Shown: piece after piece, positions 11,514-21,057 of the stretch
Layout: every line of letters starts with the position of its first letter
How positions within the stretch are numbered: position 1 is the first letter of the stretch
From: Eledone cirrhosa
Taxonomy: Eukaryota
Direction: 5' to 3'
Length of the DNA stretch: 64,000 nt
Assembly: GCA_964016885.1 (NCBI GenBank)
Contig: OZ024760.1
Span: 34,534,001-34,598,000 of the forward strand
Program-made: the position numbers and the translations under genes
The notes under the pieces: model-generated
Told to the model about the DNA's origin: nothing
What the model saw: only the letters and a program-made list of their open reading frames with translations
Databases searched by the model: none

Positions 11514-14378
11514 GGTGGTATATCTCAGCTGTGGTAGGGAGTAGTACACTCTACACCCCAGTCTATGTAGTATATCTCTGCTGTCATAGGGAGTGACAGA
11601 CTACACCCCAGTCTAGGTGGTATATCTCAGCTGTGGTAGGGAGTGGCAGACTCTACACCCCAGTCTAGGTGGTATATCACAGCTGTGGTAGGGAGTGACA
11701 GACTCTACACCCCAGTCTAGGTGGTATATCTCAGCTGTGGTATGGAGTGGCAGACTCTACACCCCAGTCTAGGTGGTATACATCATCTGTGGTAGGGAGT
11801 GACAGACTCTACACCCCAGTCTAGGTTGTACATCTCAGCTGGGAGTGACAGATTCTACACCCCAGTCTAGGTGGTATATCACAGCTGGGAGTGACAGACT
11901 CTACACCACAGTCTAGGAGGTATATCTCTGCTGTCGTAGGGAGTGACAGACTACACCCCAGTCTAGGTGGTATATCACAGCTGTGGTAGGGAGTGACAGA
12001 CTCTACACCCCAGTCTAAGTGGTATATCTCAGCTGTGGTAGGGAGTGACAGACTCTACGCCCCAGTCTAGGTGGTATATCACAGCTATGGTAGGGAGTGA
12101 AAGACTCTACGCCCCAGTCTAGGTGGTATATCACAGCTGTGGTAGGGAGTGACAGACTCTACACCCCAGTCTAGGTGGTATATCACAGCTGTGGTAGGGC
12201 GTGATAGACTCTACACCCCATTCTAGGTGGTATATCTCAGCTGGGAGTGACAGAGTCTACACCCCAGTTAAGGTGGTATAACTCGGCTGTGGTAGGGAGT
12301 GGCAGACTCTAAACCCCAGTCTAGGTAGTATACCTCAGCTGTGGTAGGGAGTGACAGACTCTACACCCCATTCTAGCTAGTATACCTTAGCTGTGGTAGG
12401 GAGTGACAGACTTTACACCCCAGTCTAGGTGGTATATCTCAGCTGTGGTAGGGAGTGGTAGACTCTACACCCCAGTCTAGGTGGTATATCTCAGCTGTGG
12501 TAGGGAGTGAGACTCTACACCCCAGTCTAGGTAGTATATTTCAACTGTGGTAGGGAGTGGTAGACTCTACACCCAAGACTAGGTGGTATACTTCAGCTGT
12601 GGTAGGGAGTGAGAGACTCTACATCCCAGTCTATGTTGTATATCTCAGCTGTGGTAGGGAGTGGTAGACTCTACACCCCTGTCTGGGTGGTATATCTCAG
12701 CTCTGGTAGGGTGTGACAGACTCTCCACCCTAGTCTAGGTGGTATATCTCAGCTGTGGTAGGGTGTGACAGAATCTACACCCCAGTCTAGATGGTATACC
12801 TCAGCTGCGGTAGGGAGTGACAGACTCTACACCCCAGTCTAAGGGGTATATGTCAGATGTGGTAGACTCTACACCCCAGGCTAAGTGGTATATCTCAGCT
12901 GTGGTAGGGAGTGACAGACTCTACACCCCAGTCTAGGTGGTATACATCATCTGTGTTAGGGAGTGACAGACTCTACACCCCAGTCTAGGTGGTATATCAC
13001 AGCTGGGAGTGACAGACTCTACACCCCAGTCTAAGTGGTATATCTCAGCTGTGGTAGGGAGTGAGACTCTACACCCCAGTCTAGGTAGTATATTTCAACT
13101 GTGGTAGGGAGTGGTAGACTCTACACCCAAGACTAGGTGGTATACTTCAGCTGTGGTAGGGAGTGAGAGACTCTACATCCCAGTCTATGTTGTATATCTC
13201 AGCTGTGGTAGGGAGTGGTAGACTCTACACCCCTGTCTGGGTGGTATATCTCAGCTCTGGTAGGGTGTGACAGACTCTCCACCCTAGTCTAGGTGGTATA
13301 TCTCAGCTGTGGTAGGGTGTGACAGAATTTACACCCCAGTCTAGATGGTATACCTCAGCTGCGGTAGGGAGTGACAGACTCTACACCCCAGTCTAAGGGG
13401 TATATGTCAGATGTGGTAGACTCTACACCCCAGGCTAAGTGGTATATCTCAGCTGTGGTAGGGAGTGACAGAATCTACACCCCAGCCTGGGTGGTATATC
13501 AGCTGTGGTAGGGAGTGACAGACTCTACACCCCAGTCTAGGTGGTATATCTCAGCTGTGGTAGGGAGTGGTAGACTCTACACCCCAGTCTAGGTAGTATA
13601 TATATCTCAGCTGTGGTAGGGAGTGACAGACTCTACACCCCAGTCTAGAATGTATATCTCAGCTGTGGTAGAGAGTGTCAGACTCTACACCTCAGTCTAG
13701 GTGGTATATCTCAGCTGTGGTAGAGAGTGTCAGACTCTACACCTCAGTCTAGGTGATATATCTCAGCTGTGGTTAGGAGTGGCAAAATCTACACCCCAGT
13801 CTAGGTGGTATATGTCAGCTGGGGGTGGCAGACTGTACACCCAAGTCTAGGTGGTATATTATAGCTGTGGTAGGGAGTGGCAGACTCTACACCCCAGTCT
13901 AGGTGGTATATCACAGTTGTGGTAGGGAGTGACAGACTCTACACCCCAGTTTAGGTGGTATATCACAGCTGTGGTAGGGAGTGGCAGACTCTACACCCCA
14001 CTCTAGGTGGTATATCACAGTTGTGGTAGGGAGTGGTAGACTCTACACTCCAGTCTTGGTGGTATATCTCAGCTGTGGTTGGGAGTGACACACTCTACAC
14101 CCCAGTCTAGGTGTATATCTCAGCTATAGCAGGGTGTGGTAGACTCTACACCCCAGTCTAGGTGGTATATTTTAGCTGTGGTAGGGAGTGGTAGAATTTA
14201 CAACCCAGTCTAGGTGGTATATCTCAGCTGCGGTAGGGAGTGACAGACTCTACACCCCAGTCTATGTAGTATATCTCTGCTGTCGTAGGGAGTGACAGAC
14301 TACACCCCAGTCTAGGTGGTATATTCCAGCTGTAAGTGACAGAATCTACACTCCTGTCTGAGTGGTATATCGCAGCTA
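11514..14378. repeat. 52-bp minisatellite (~55 copies), consensus GGTGGTATATCTCAGCTGTGGTAGGGAGTGACAGACTCTACACCCCAGTCTA
   Basis: Directly visible tandem units, with deletion variants and a 554-bp higher-order duplication. Confidence 0.97.
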
Positions 14379-14550
14379 CACGTTATGGGCAAAATGGTAA
14401 AGACATTGCCATGAAGAACAGCCAGTGACACCCATTGCATCAGTCACTCCGCCTCAAAAGGCTCTTTCTTCAGGTGAAATATCTCCTCCCCAACTCTAGA
14501 GAGGTTAACAGTTGTTAAACAACCAAGGACACCAACAGTCTTCACATTGT

Positions 14551-14727
14551 GGGGCTGAGGACACGAGAGGTCTTGACAGGGACTGTGGACACCAGAGGTC
14601 TTGACAGGGACTGAGGAGACCAGAGCTCTTGACAGGGACTGAGGACACCAGAGGTCTTGATAGTTGAGGACTAACGACATCAGAGTTCTTGATAGTTGAG
14701 GGCTGAGGACATCAGAGATGTTGACTG
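14551..14727. repeat. 28-32-bp minisatellite (~6 copies), GGACTGAGGACACCAGAGGTCTTGACAG
   Basis: Directly visible tandem units. Confidence 0.9.
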
Positions 14728-14841
14728 GCATAAAAGACTATTTGGATATCAATTTGCATATGAGTAAAATATTCAATGTTGTTAACTTTAGTCATCTGTT
14801 TAATTTATTCGATTTATTTTGCTGTGTTGTTATTATGGAAA

Positions 14842-14875
<34 letters not shown>

Positions 14876-14877
<2 letters not shown>

Positions 14878-15783
14878 GGAAAAATTTGAACAGGGACAAA
14901 ACAGAGAGGCAGTACAACGAATGTTTATTAATTTCACGCTCTGGATAGTGGGGTGTTGGTGGGGGACGACGTTTCGGGCATAAGCCCTTCCTCAGGTGAG
15001 AAGTGTGTGGGAACAGAGTTCAAAGGGTGTGTAGGCGAGTGGTGGAGAGACATATAGCGAAAGGAAACGGTGCGAATGAAAAAAATAAAAATAAAAATAA
15101 AAATAAAGCATGATCAAAATACAAGGAATGAAATAAATTTAAATATAAAAGCATGATCAAAATAAACTGAAATTAAAAGGGGGGTAAAACAGGTGGTGGA
15201 GGGGTGTGGGGTGTGTAGGGGTGGTGGTGGTTGGAGTGGGGAGAGGCAGACGGGGGTCCGAGCAGGGAGGGTTGAAGGTGGTGTGTGTGTGTAGGTGTAC
15301 GTGTGTGTGTGTGTGTGTATGTGAAAGTAAGGGTTGGGGGAAGAACGGGGTTGCATGTTCAGGAAGAGGTGTGTGTGGGGGGTTTGTGGGTCGGAGTGTC
15401 TGTGCGTGTGTGGATAGAGGGGTGGGGGAGAGGAATCAGGAGGCTGAGGGTGTAAATATGTGGTGGAAAGCACGTGTGTGGGGGGTTTAAGCGTGTTGTG
15501 GGTGTAGGTGGCATGTGGAGAAAAACATTTTTTTGGGGTGTGTGTGCGGGTGAGTTATATAGGTGATTACGTAAGAGGATGGTTGAAAAGTTGGTAAAAT
15601 CCAAAGGTGTTTAGTCGATTCTGTGGTGGTGAATTTCTGCATGCGAGTATTTCATGAAGCGATGGTCGGAAGAGGAGATATGTGGGGTGCGCGCGCAACA
15701 GGAAGTGGTCAAGCAGTGGGAGTGCTGTGTGTCTGTTTGTGCTGGGAGGTGGTCAGAGGGCATAGCAGCAGTCGGCGGAGTGG

Positions 15784-15787
<4 letters not shown>
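14876..15787 (-). mobile_element. Penelope-like retroelement 3' remnant inserted in (TA)n
   Basis: Bounded by (TA)n on both sides. Carries a minimal hammerhead at 14968-14995. Its terminal ~80 bp recur, diverged and inverted, at 15830-15910. Confidence 0.6.
14966..14997 (-). ncRNA. Minimal type I hammerhead ribozyme (Penelope-type)
   Basis: Minus strand reads AC-CUGAGGA-A-GGGC-UUAU-GCCC-GAAAC-GUC^GU: intact core, 4-bp stem II, palindromic ACGU in place of stem III, but only a 2-bp stem I. Confidence 0.8.
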
Positions 15788-15833
<46 letters not shown>

Positions 15834-15949
15834 CCACTCTCAAGAGCGTGAACCTAATCAACTTTTATTTGTACTGCCTCTCTGTTTTTGTTCCCGTCCA
15901 AGTTTTCACTATATATTATATATTATATATATATATCTTAGCTAGATCT

Positions 15950-16120
15950 CCTGCATTTAATGGGAGAAAAAACTCTTGCGATCTCTGTCTTACTGAGGCC
16001 TATCACATAACTTCGTCAAGGCCACCCCCACCACCCCACCCTCCATCAATGACAGGAACGAGTTGGTTATCAGCTGCCACCACCACAGAGCGAGTTCCTT
16101 CGCCAACAGAATATTTGACC
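15950..16120 (+). mobile_element. Penelope-like element ORF C-terminal fragment (frameshifted)
   Basis: ARSPAFNGRKNSCDLCLTEAYHI, then after a frameshift SINDRNELVISCHHHR. This resembles the recalled CxLCLxE...LNxRxE...CRH C-terminal motif of PLE RT/GIY-YIG proteins. Confidence 0.6.
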
Positions 16121-16408
16121 CAGCTTAGCCCATCCTTTAGTCATGGTCCTCCCTAAAACTAACAAATTAATGGCATCATTAGTCCACCAAATAAACACCT
16201 ATAAGTTACCTCCCTTAGGTACAAATCCCACTGCAACTATACCTATAGGCTACCTCCCTACCCTACAGCTCCTGGTGGGATTCTTGGCTCTCCAAGGAGT
16301 TACCTCCCTTGAAACCCATCTCTATACAATAAGATAGTTTCCCTACAGGAAGCCATTTTGGTATGTGATAGGCACCAGTATTTAATATATTATATATATA
16401 TATATATA

Positions 16409-16733
16409 TGGAGGCACATGGCTTAGTGGTTAGAGCATTGGCCTTGCAATCAAAAGGTTGTGAGTTCAATTTTCAGACCGTGTGATGTGTTGTTTCCTTG
16501 AGCAAGACACTTTATTTCACATTGCTCCAGTTTACTCAGCTGTAGAAATGAGATGATAGGGACTGGGGTCCCTATCATTCCACTGCAAAGTGGTCGTGGA
16601 CGTGCCACGGAAAAAAAGCACCCAGCACTCACTGTGAATGAGGTTGGTGTTAGGAAGGGCATCCAGCTGTAGAAATCAACCCAGAATCAGTTCCCGTCCA
16701 ACCCTTGCAAGCAGGGAAAAGCAGACGTAAAAT
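16409..16733 (+). mobile_element. SINE family B, near full length
   Basis: A box TGGCTTAGTGG at 16419-16429, B-box-like GAGTTCAATT at ~16462. Homologous along its length to 3808-4145. Confidence 0.93.
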
Positions 16734-16746
16734 CATATAATATATA

Positions 16747-17720
16747 TCATCATCATCATTTTACGTCCGCTTTTCCCTGCTTGCAAGGGTTGGATGGGTC
16801 CTATTCAGCACAGCATCTCTCCGCTTGTCACGGTCGTCATCTCCTCGGTGAGTTTCAGCAATCTGAGGTCTGCTCTCACCACCTCCGCTCATGTCTACTG
16901 CGTTTTCCTTCCACTGGGATTTCTTGGCGGTCACCCTCCATGCGCATCACATGTCCATACCATCTCAGCCTTCCCTCCTGCACACCACAACTTATACCTC
17001 TTATACCCAGTTTCTTTCTCAACTCGTCCATGATTGGTTGTTCACACACATTGACATTGCACATCTAACGGAGCATACTTGCTTCATTTCTCTCCAGCCG
17101 TCGCATATCCTCTGCAGTTGCCGCCGATGTCTCACTACCATGCAGCATCGCGCATCTAACACAGGCATCATATAACCGTCCTTTCGTATGCAGAGAGAAA
17201 CCCTGCTTTGTCAACAAAGGAAGCAGCTCCCTAAACTTCTTCCAACCCGTCCTTATTCTAGATACTATGGCCTTGGAATCTCCCCCCCCCCCTCTCATGC
17301 TAATCTGATCAACTAGGTATCAACCACTTCTATAGAACCCACCTGCATTGGAAAAATGTGTCTATCACTGCAATTAATACTGCCAACTTTCCCTGTACAT
17401 CTACTGCACACATAATTTTCCCTACCTGTTAGTTTGCCTGCTATCCCACTACAAGATCTGCATTGCATACATTTTATGGAATTTATGTCAGTTCCTTTTC
17501 TACATATTGAACATGGCCATTTCCCTGATAGAATCGGAGTATTGTCCTCTCTTCTACTTATCAACACTTTTGTCTTAGCTATGTTCACTCTCAGTCTTCT
17601 TGATTCCAACTGCTGTTTCCATAGACAGAATTTATTCTCTAGCTCCTAAACTGATTCTGCTATAAGAGCCAGATCATCAGCATAGAGAAGTTCCCATGGG
17701 CATCCAGTCTTAAACTCCTG
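16747..17720 (-). mobile_element. RTE-clade LINE, 5'-truncated and frameshifted, with (TGA)n tail
   Basis: Minus-strand TGCPWELLYADDLALIAES (YADD at 17673-17684), LRVNIAKTKVL, Cys-rich WPCSICRKG...SIKCMQC...CSGI...YVCSRC, SRIRTGWKKFRELLPLL...KGRLYDACVR..MLHGSET and RLRWYGHVMRM. Confidence 0.93.
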
Positions 17721-17945
17721 TTATATATATATATATAAATTTGTGGGAGTGTATAAGTATAATACTAATTCTGTCCCTAAGTTTTTTTAATTCTCTGCAA
17801 AATATTATGTGGTCTCCTATGATATTGACAGTGTGTAAAGCTCTGAGGTCTTGGATTTTTAGCCCAAATTCTCTCATAGAGCTATCATTGTGCCACATGA
17901 TCATTATATATTATATATCAATACCTTTTGATGTATGTATGTATG

Positions 17946-17993
<48 letters not shown>

Positions 17994-18023
17994 ATCAAAA
18001 GATGGTTAAAAGAGTTCCAAGTA

Positions 18024-18090
18024 TTTTATTATGCGCATTTCAAAAACAAATATCATCATGAGATGATATCTGCGTTTTCATCAGATAAAA
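18024..18090 (-). ncRNA. Type I hammerhead ribozyme candidate
   Basis: UUUUAU-CUGAUGA-AAACGCAGAUAUCAUC(UCAU)GAUGAUAUUUGUUUUU-GAAA-UGCGCA-UA^AUAAAA: 6-bp stem I, ~16-bp stem II, palindromic AUGCGCAU stem III, AUA cleavage triplet. Confidence 0.75.
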
Positions 18091-18156
18091 TAGGGATACA
18101 TGATATGAAGGTTAAAAAACACTTGTGAATAGTGAAGTTTTAAATCAACATATGAT

Positions 18157-18221
18157 TTTATCTGATGAAAACGCAGGTATCATCTCATGATAATATTTGT
18201 TTTTGAAATGCGCATAATAAA
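18157..18221 (+). ncRNA. Type I hammerhead ribozyme candidate (second arm)
   Basis: CTGATGA at 18162-18168, GAAA at 18205-18208, then TGCGCATA^ATAAA. Stem I is UUUAU/AUAAA; stem II has two substitutions relative to the other arm. Confidence 0.7.
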
Positions 18222-18345
18222 TTGCTTGGAACTCTTTTAACAATCTTTTGATCTTATATTATTTATACTCCAGTCCTACAAACTGTAGAGTGCTACTTAT
18301 CCGATATTTGCATTGCTTTATTGTGCTACAATAAAACTCACCTCC

Positions 18346-18384
<39 letters not shown>

Positions 18385-18448
18385 GTAGAACACTGGAAGG
18401 TAATATCCGTAGTGGTAGAGCACTCAGTCCATGGGACAAGTTAGGTAG

Positions 18449-18637
18449 AAGTGGTTAAATAACAGTTAGTTCACCATACCGGGAACAATTGTTTCACCTT
18501 AGCGGATCCTCACCTCATAATGGACATGGTTATACGGTTAACCTTCCTGTTCCGTATAACCATGTCCATTACAAGCTGAGGATCCGCTAAGGTGAAACAA
18601 TTGTTCTCGGTATGGTGAACTAACTGTTGTGTAACCA

Positions 18638-18640
<3 letters not shown>
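18449..18640. repeat. Long inverted repeat (89-bp arms, 14-bp loop) with a hammerhead-like motif
   Basis: 18449-18537 versus 18552-18640. The plus arm contains AG-CTGAGGA-TCCGCTAAGGT-GAAAC-AATT-GTT^CT at 18574-18607. Confidence 0.9.
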
Positions 18641-18672
<32 letters not shown>

Positions 18673-19144
18673 AGACATTACAGCAATACAACAGGAGGAA
18701 ACATAATAGTACCCCTGATGATGTCACAGATGTGTGACGAAAAAACTTTGATAGACTATATATATATATTTATATATATATTTTTAACTGTTGGTCAATC
18801 AATGATAAACATTGATAGCCAGCTAAATTAACTATAGGGATATGAAATGTATAGAAGCGAAAGTCAACCCAAACCAAACAGTGAGTGTGCTATTATTTCT
18901 GGCAATATTATAACAACATGACCCTCCCCAAATATAACAATGTATATTTATATATACTTATATCAGACATTTAAAATGTCATATTGATCTTTAATATTTG
19001 GTGTTGTTTCTAAATAGTAGATTTTCCATGGGGTCATATTGGTATAGGTGGGGATAGAGTGATGTTTTGACCATTTAGTAGTGGACAAATTGGCACCACT
19101 ATTATATATCTTTCATTACATATGCATGTGTGTGTACATATAAT

Positions 19145-20319
19145 ACTAGACCTGAAAAATGCGCAAGCTCAAAAGAGCCACAGAAGACCTATGGCGAAAC
19201 TCTCTGCAATGGGTATGAGGGATGATCTTTTAAACTTCATTCTCAACCGAAAAGTGGTAGTCACTGTTCTAGGACAGCATTCTTCACCATATGAGATGTC
19301 ATCTGGTGTACCACAGGGATCTGTTCTTGGTCCCCTTTTGTTTCTGGCATCTATTAATGACATAGATGCCAACTTAAAGAATGCCACGGTACTGAAATAT
19401 GCAGATGACATCAAGCTGTACCTTGAAATCAAAAGGACTGATCCTGAAATCTACAACTCTTTCTTACAATCAGACCTGGACACAATGCAGCAATGGATCA
19501 CAGACTGGCAACTGAAGCTGGATGTGGACAAGTGTACCACCATGCATTTTGGGAGGAAAAATCCAGCGTCCACTTACTCCCTCCACAATACTGATATCAA
19601 GAAGTCCTCTTGTGAACGTGACCTGGGCATTACTGTCAGCAGCGATTTGCGTTGGACAAAGTATGTCTCTAAGATTGTCAAGAAGGCCGGGGGTGTCTTG
19701 GCATCACTCAGCAAGACCTGTGTTAGCCGCTCTCCAGCCATCTATTTAAAGCTGTATACAGCTATGGTACGACCACACTTGGAATTCGCATCATCAGTCT
19801 GGAACCCCTATCTTGCGGAGAACATTGACCTCCTGGAAACTGTTCAGAGACGTGCAACCAAGCGCATACCTTCCATCAGACACCTACCATACTCTGAACG
19901 CCTAGCTTCCCTGGGCATGGATTCATTGAAGCCCCGACGTCTGGCAATGGACTTAGTAAACACCCACAAAGTTATTAACCATCTCGCCAACAACAACCCT
20001 GAACACCTTTTTGATCTCCATGTGTCTAACACACGTGGACATGCCTACAAAATCAGAAAACAGCACAGCTCCCATGACTTTCGGAAACATTTTTTCACGC
20101 TTAGAGTTGCTGAAGCATGGAACAAACTGCCTGCGTCAGTTGTTAGCTGCCGAGACACTGCATCCTTTAAAACCCTCATGCTTCCCGAAATTCGCCAAAA
20201 CTACACCTGATGTCTCCCTTCCATACACATGCACACAGGTGTATATCATGACTTATGCACTGTTCATTTATTATAACATTCTGTGGCTCTTTAGAGCTTA
20301 TGCATTTTTCAGGTCTAGT
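19145..20319. repeat. 41-bp inverted repeats (38/41 identical) bracketing the RT fragment
   Basis: ACTAGACCTGAAAAATGCGCAAGCTCAAAAGAGCCACAGAA (19145-19185) versus TTCTGTGGCTCTTTAGAGCTTATGCATTTTTCAGGTCTAGT (20279-20319). Confidence 0.93.
19186..20278 (+). mobile_element. CR1/L2-group LINE fragment: C-terminal ~340 aa of ORF2 (RT) uninterrupted, plus partial 3' UTR
   Basis: ORF 19122-20210 contains SSGVPQGSVLGPLLFL, KYADDIKLY, LQSDLD...W, ERDLGITVSSDL, YTAMVRPHLEFASSVWNPY, VQRRATK, YSERL and TRGH..K...RKHFFTLRVAEAWNKLP. The endonuclease and N-terminal RT domains are missing. Confidence 0.95.
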
Positions 20320-20736
20320 TTAATGTTTTTTTAAGGCAACGCTTGTAACTCTAGTTAAACATGATATATATTAATAAATTGTCGTTGTAATGTAATTAGA
20401 TTATATAATTGTTACTTTATAAATGATCTTATAAATATTATTGTAAGATGTATAAAAATATTTTCAGACTTTTAATATAAACAACTACAAAAAACAATCA
20501 ATATCAAATAAATATATTTTACATAATAATTGTTATAGTTGAATTAATAAAAATTAAATATTACATACAAATAGTCTAACATAATAATAAAAAAAAATAA
20601 TCTAACATAAAACGAACAATAATATGGACAAATATACAAGTAAATATGATACAACCAATATTATAAGCATGTTATAACGAACTGAAAAAAATTAGTTAAT
20701 TTAAATTTAACAAATTATATATAAATTAACAATATA

Positions 20737-20907
20737 ACTTACCAAAATGAGAAAAATATTTTGATGATAAACGACGAAATACAGGAGGAAGATTCGAAAG
20801 CGAAACGATAAATAAACGTGCAAACAAAATGGCGGATGCTTTTGAGCAACAATTACTCTCGTTGGTTGATTAGCCAATAAGACGATGAAATTAGCCAATA
20901 AGACGAT
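20737..20907 (-). promoter_or_regulatory. Promoter-like cluster: two AGCCAAT boxes, a YY1-type motif and a downstream splice donor
   Basis: CCAAT at 20874 and 20895 within an 18-bp direct repeat, AAAATGGCGG at 20826-20835, minus-strand G|GTAAGT at 20743/20742, and local CpG enrichment. Confidence 0.4.
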
Positions 20908-21057
20908 ACATTACAAAACATGTTTGGGAAGGATCACCACGGCCAGCGAAACCCCTTGAATATTTTATTCACAAGCAACGCATATATGTCAGAACACGCA
21001 GACTTAAAACATTCTGTTGTTAGTCACTGCGTGTCTAACAGATTATTTACATAATAA

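Larger units (their letters stand above)
17988..18258. repeat. Long inverted repeat (~100-bp arms, ~63-bp spacer) with a hammerhead-like motif in each arm
   Basis: 17988-18091 is the near-perfect reverse complement of 18155-18258. Confidence 0.92.

Noticed and set aside
11514-14378. CRISPR-like array with hairpin repeat
   Set aside because: The entire 52-bp unit is repeated; there are no variable spacers.
15114-15604. Pro/His- and Gly/Val-rich ORFs
   Set aside because: Arise from GT/G-rich low-complexity sequence inside a retroelement remnant.
16409-16490. tRNA genes at SINE heads
   Set aside because: A/B boxes are present but no complete cloverleaf, and they continue into SINE body and tail.
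17710-17904. 64-aa minus-strand ORF as a GIY-YIG C-terminal remnant
   Set aside because: The resemblance is too weak to support without a profile search.
19122-20210. Domesticated host RT gene, or retron/DGR-type system
   Set aside because: Motifs are those of CR1/L2-group LINE ORF2 and the N-terminal RT domains are missing. No template/variable repeat pair or msr-msd is evident.
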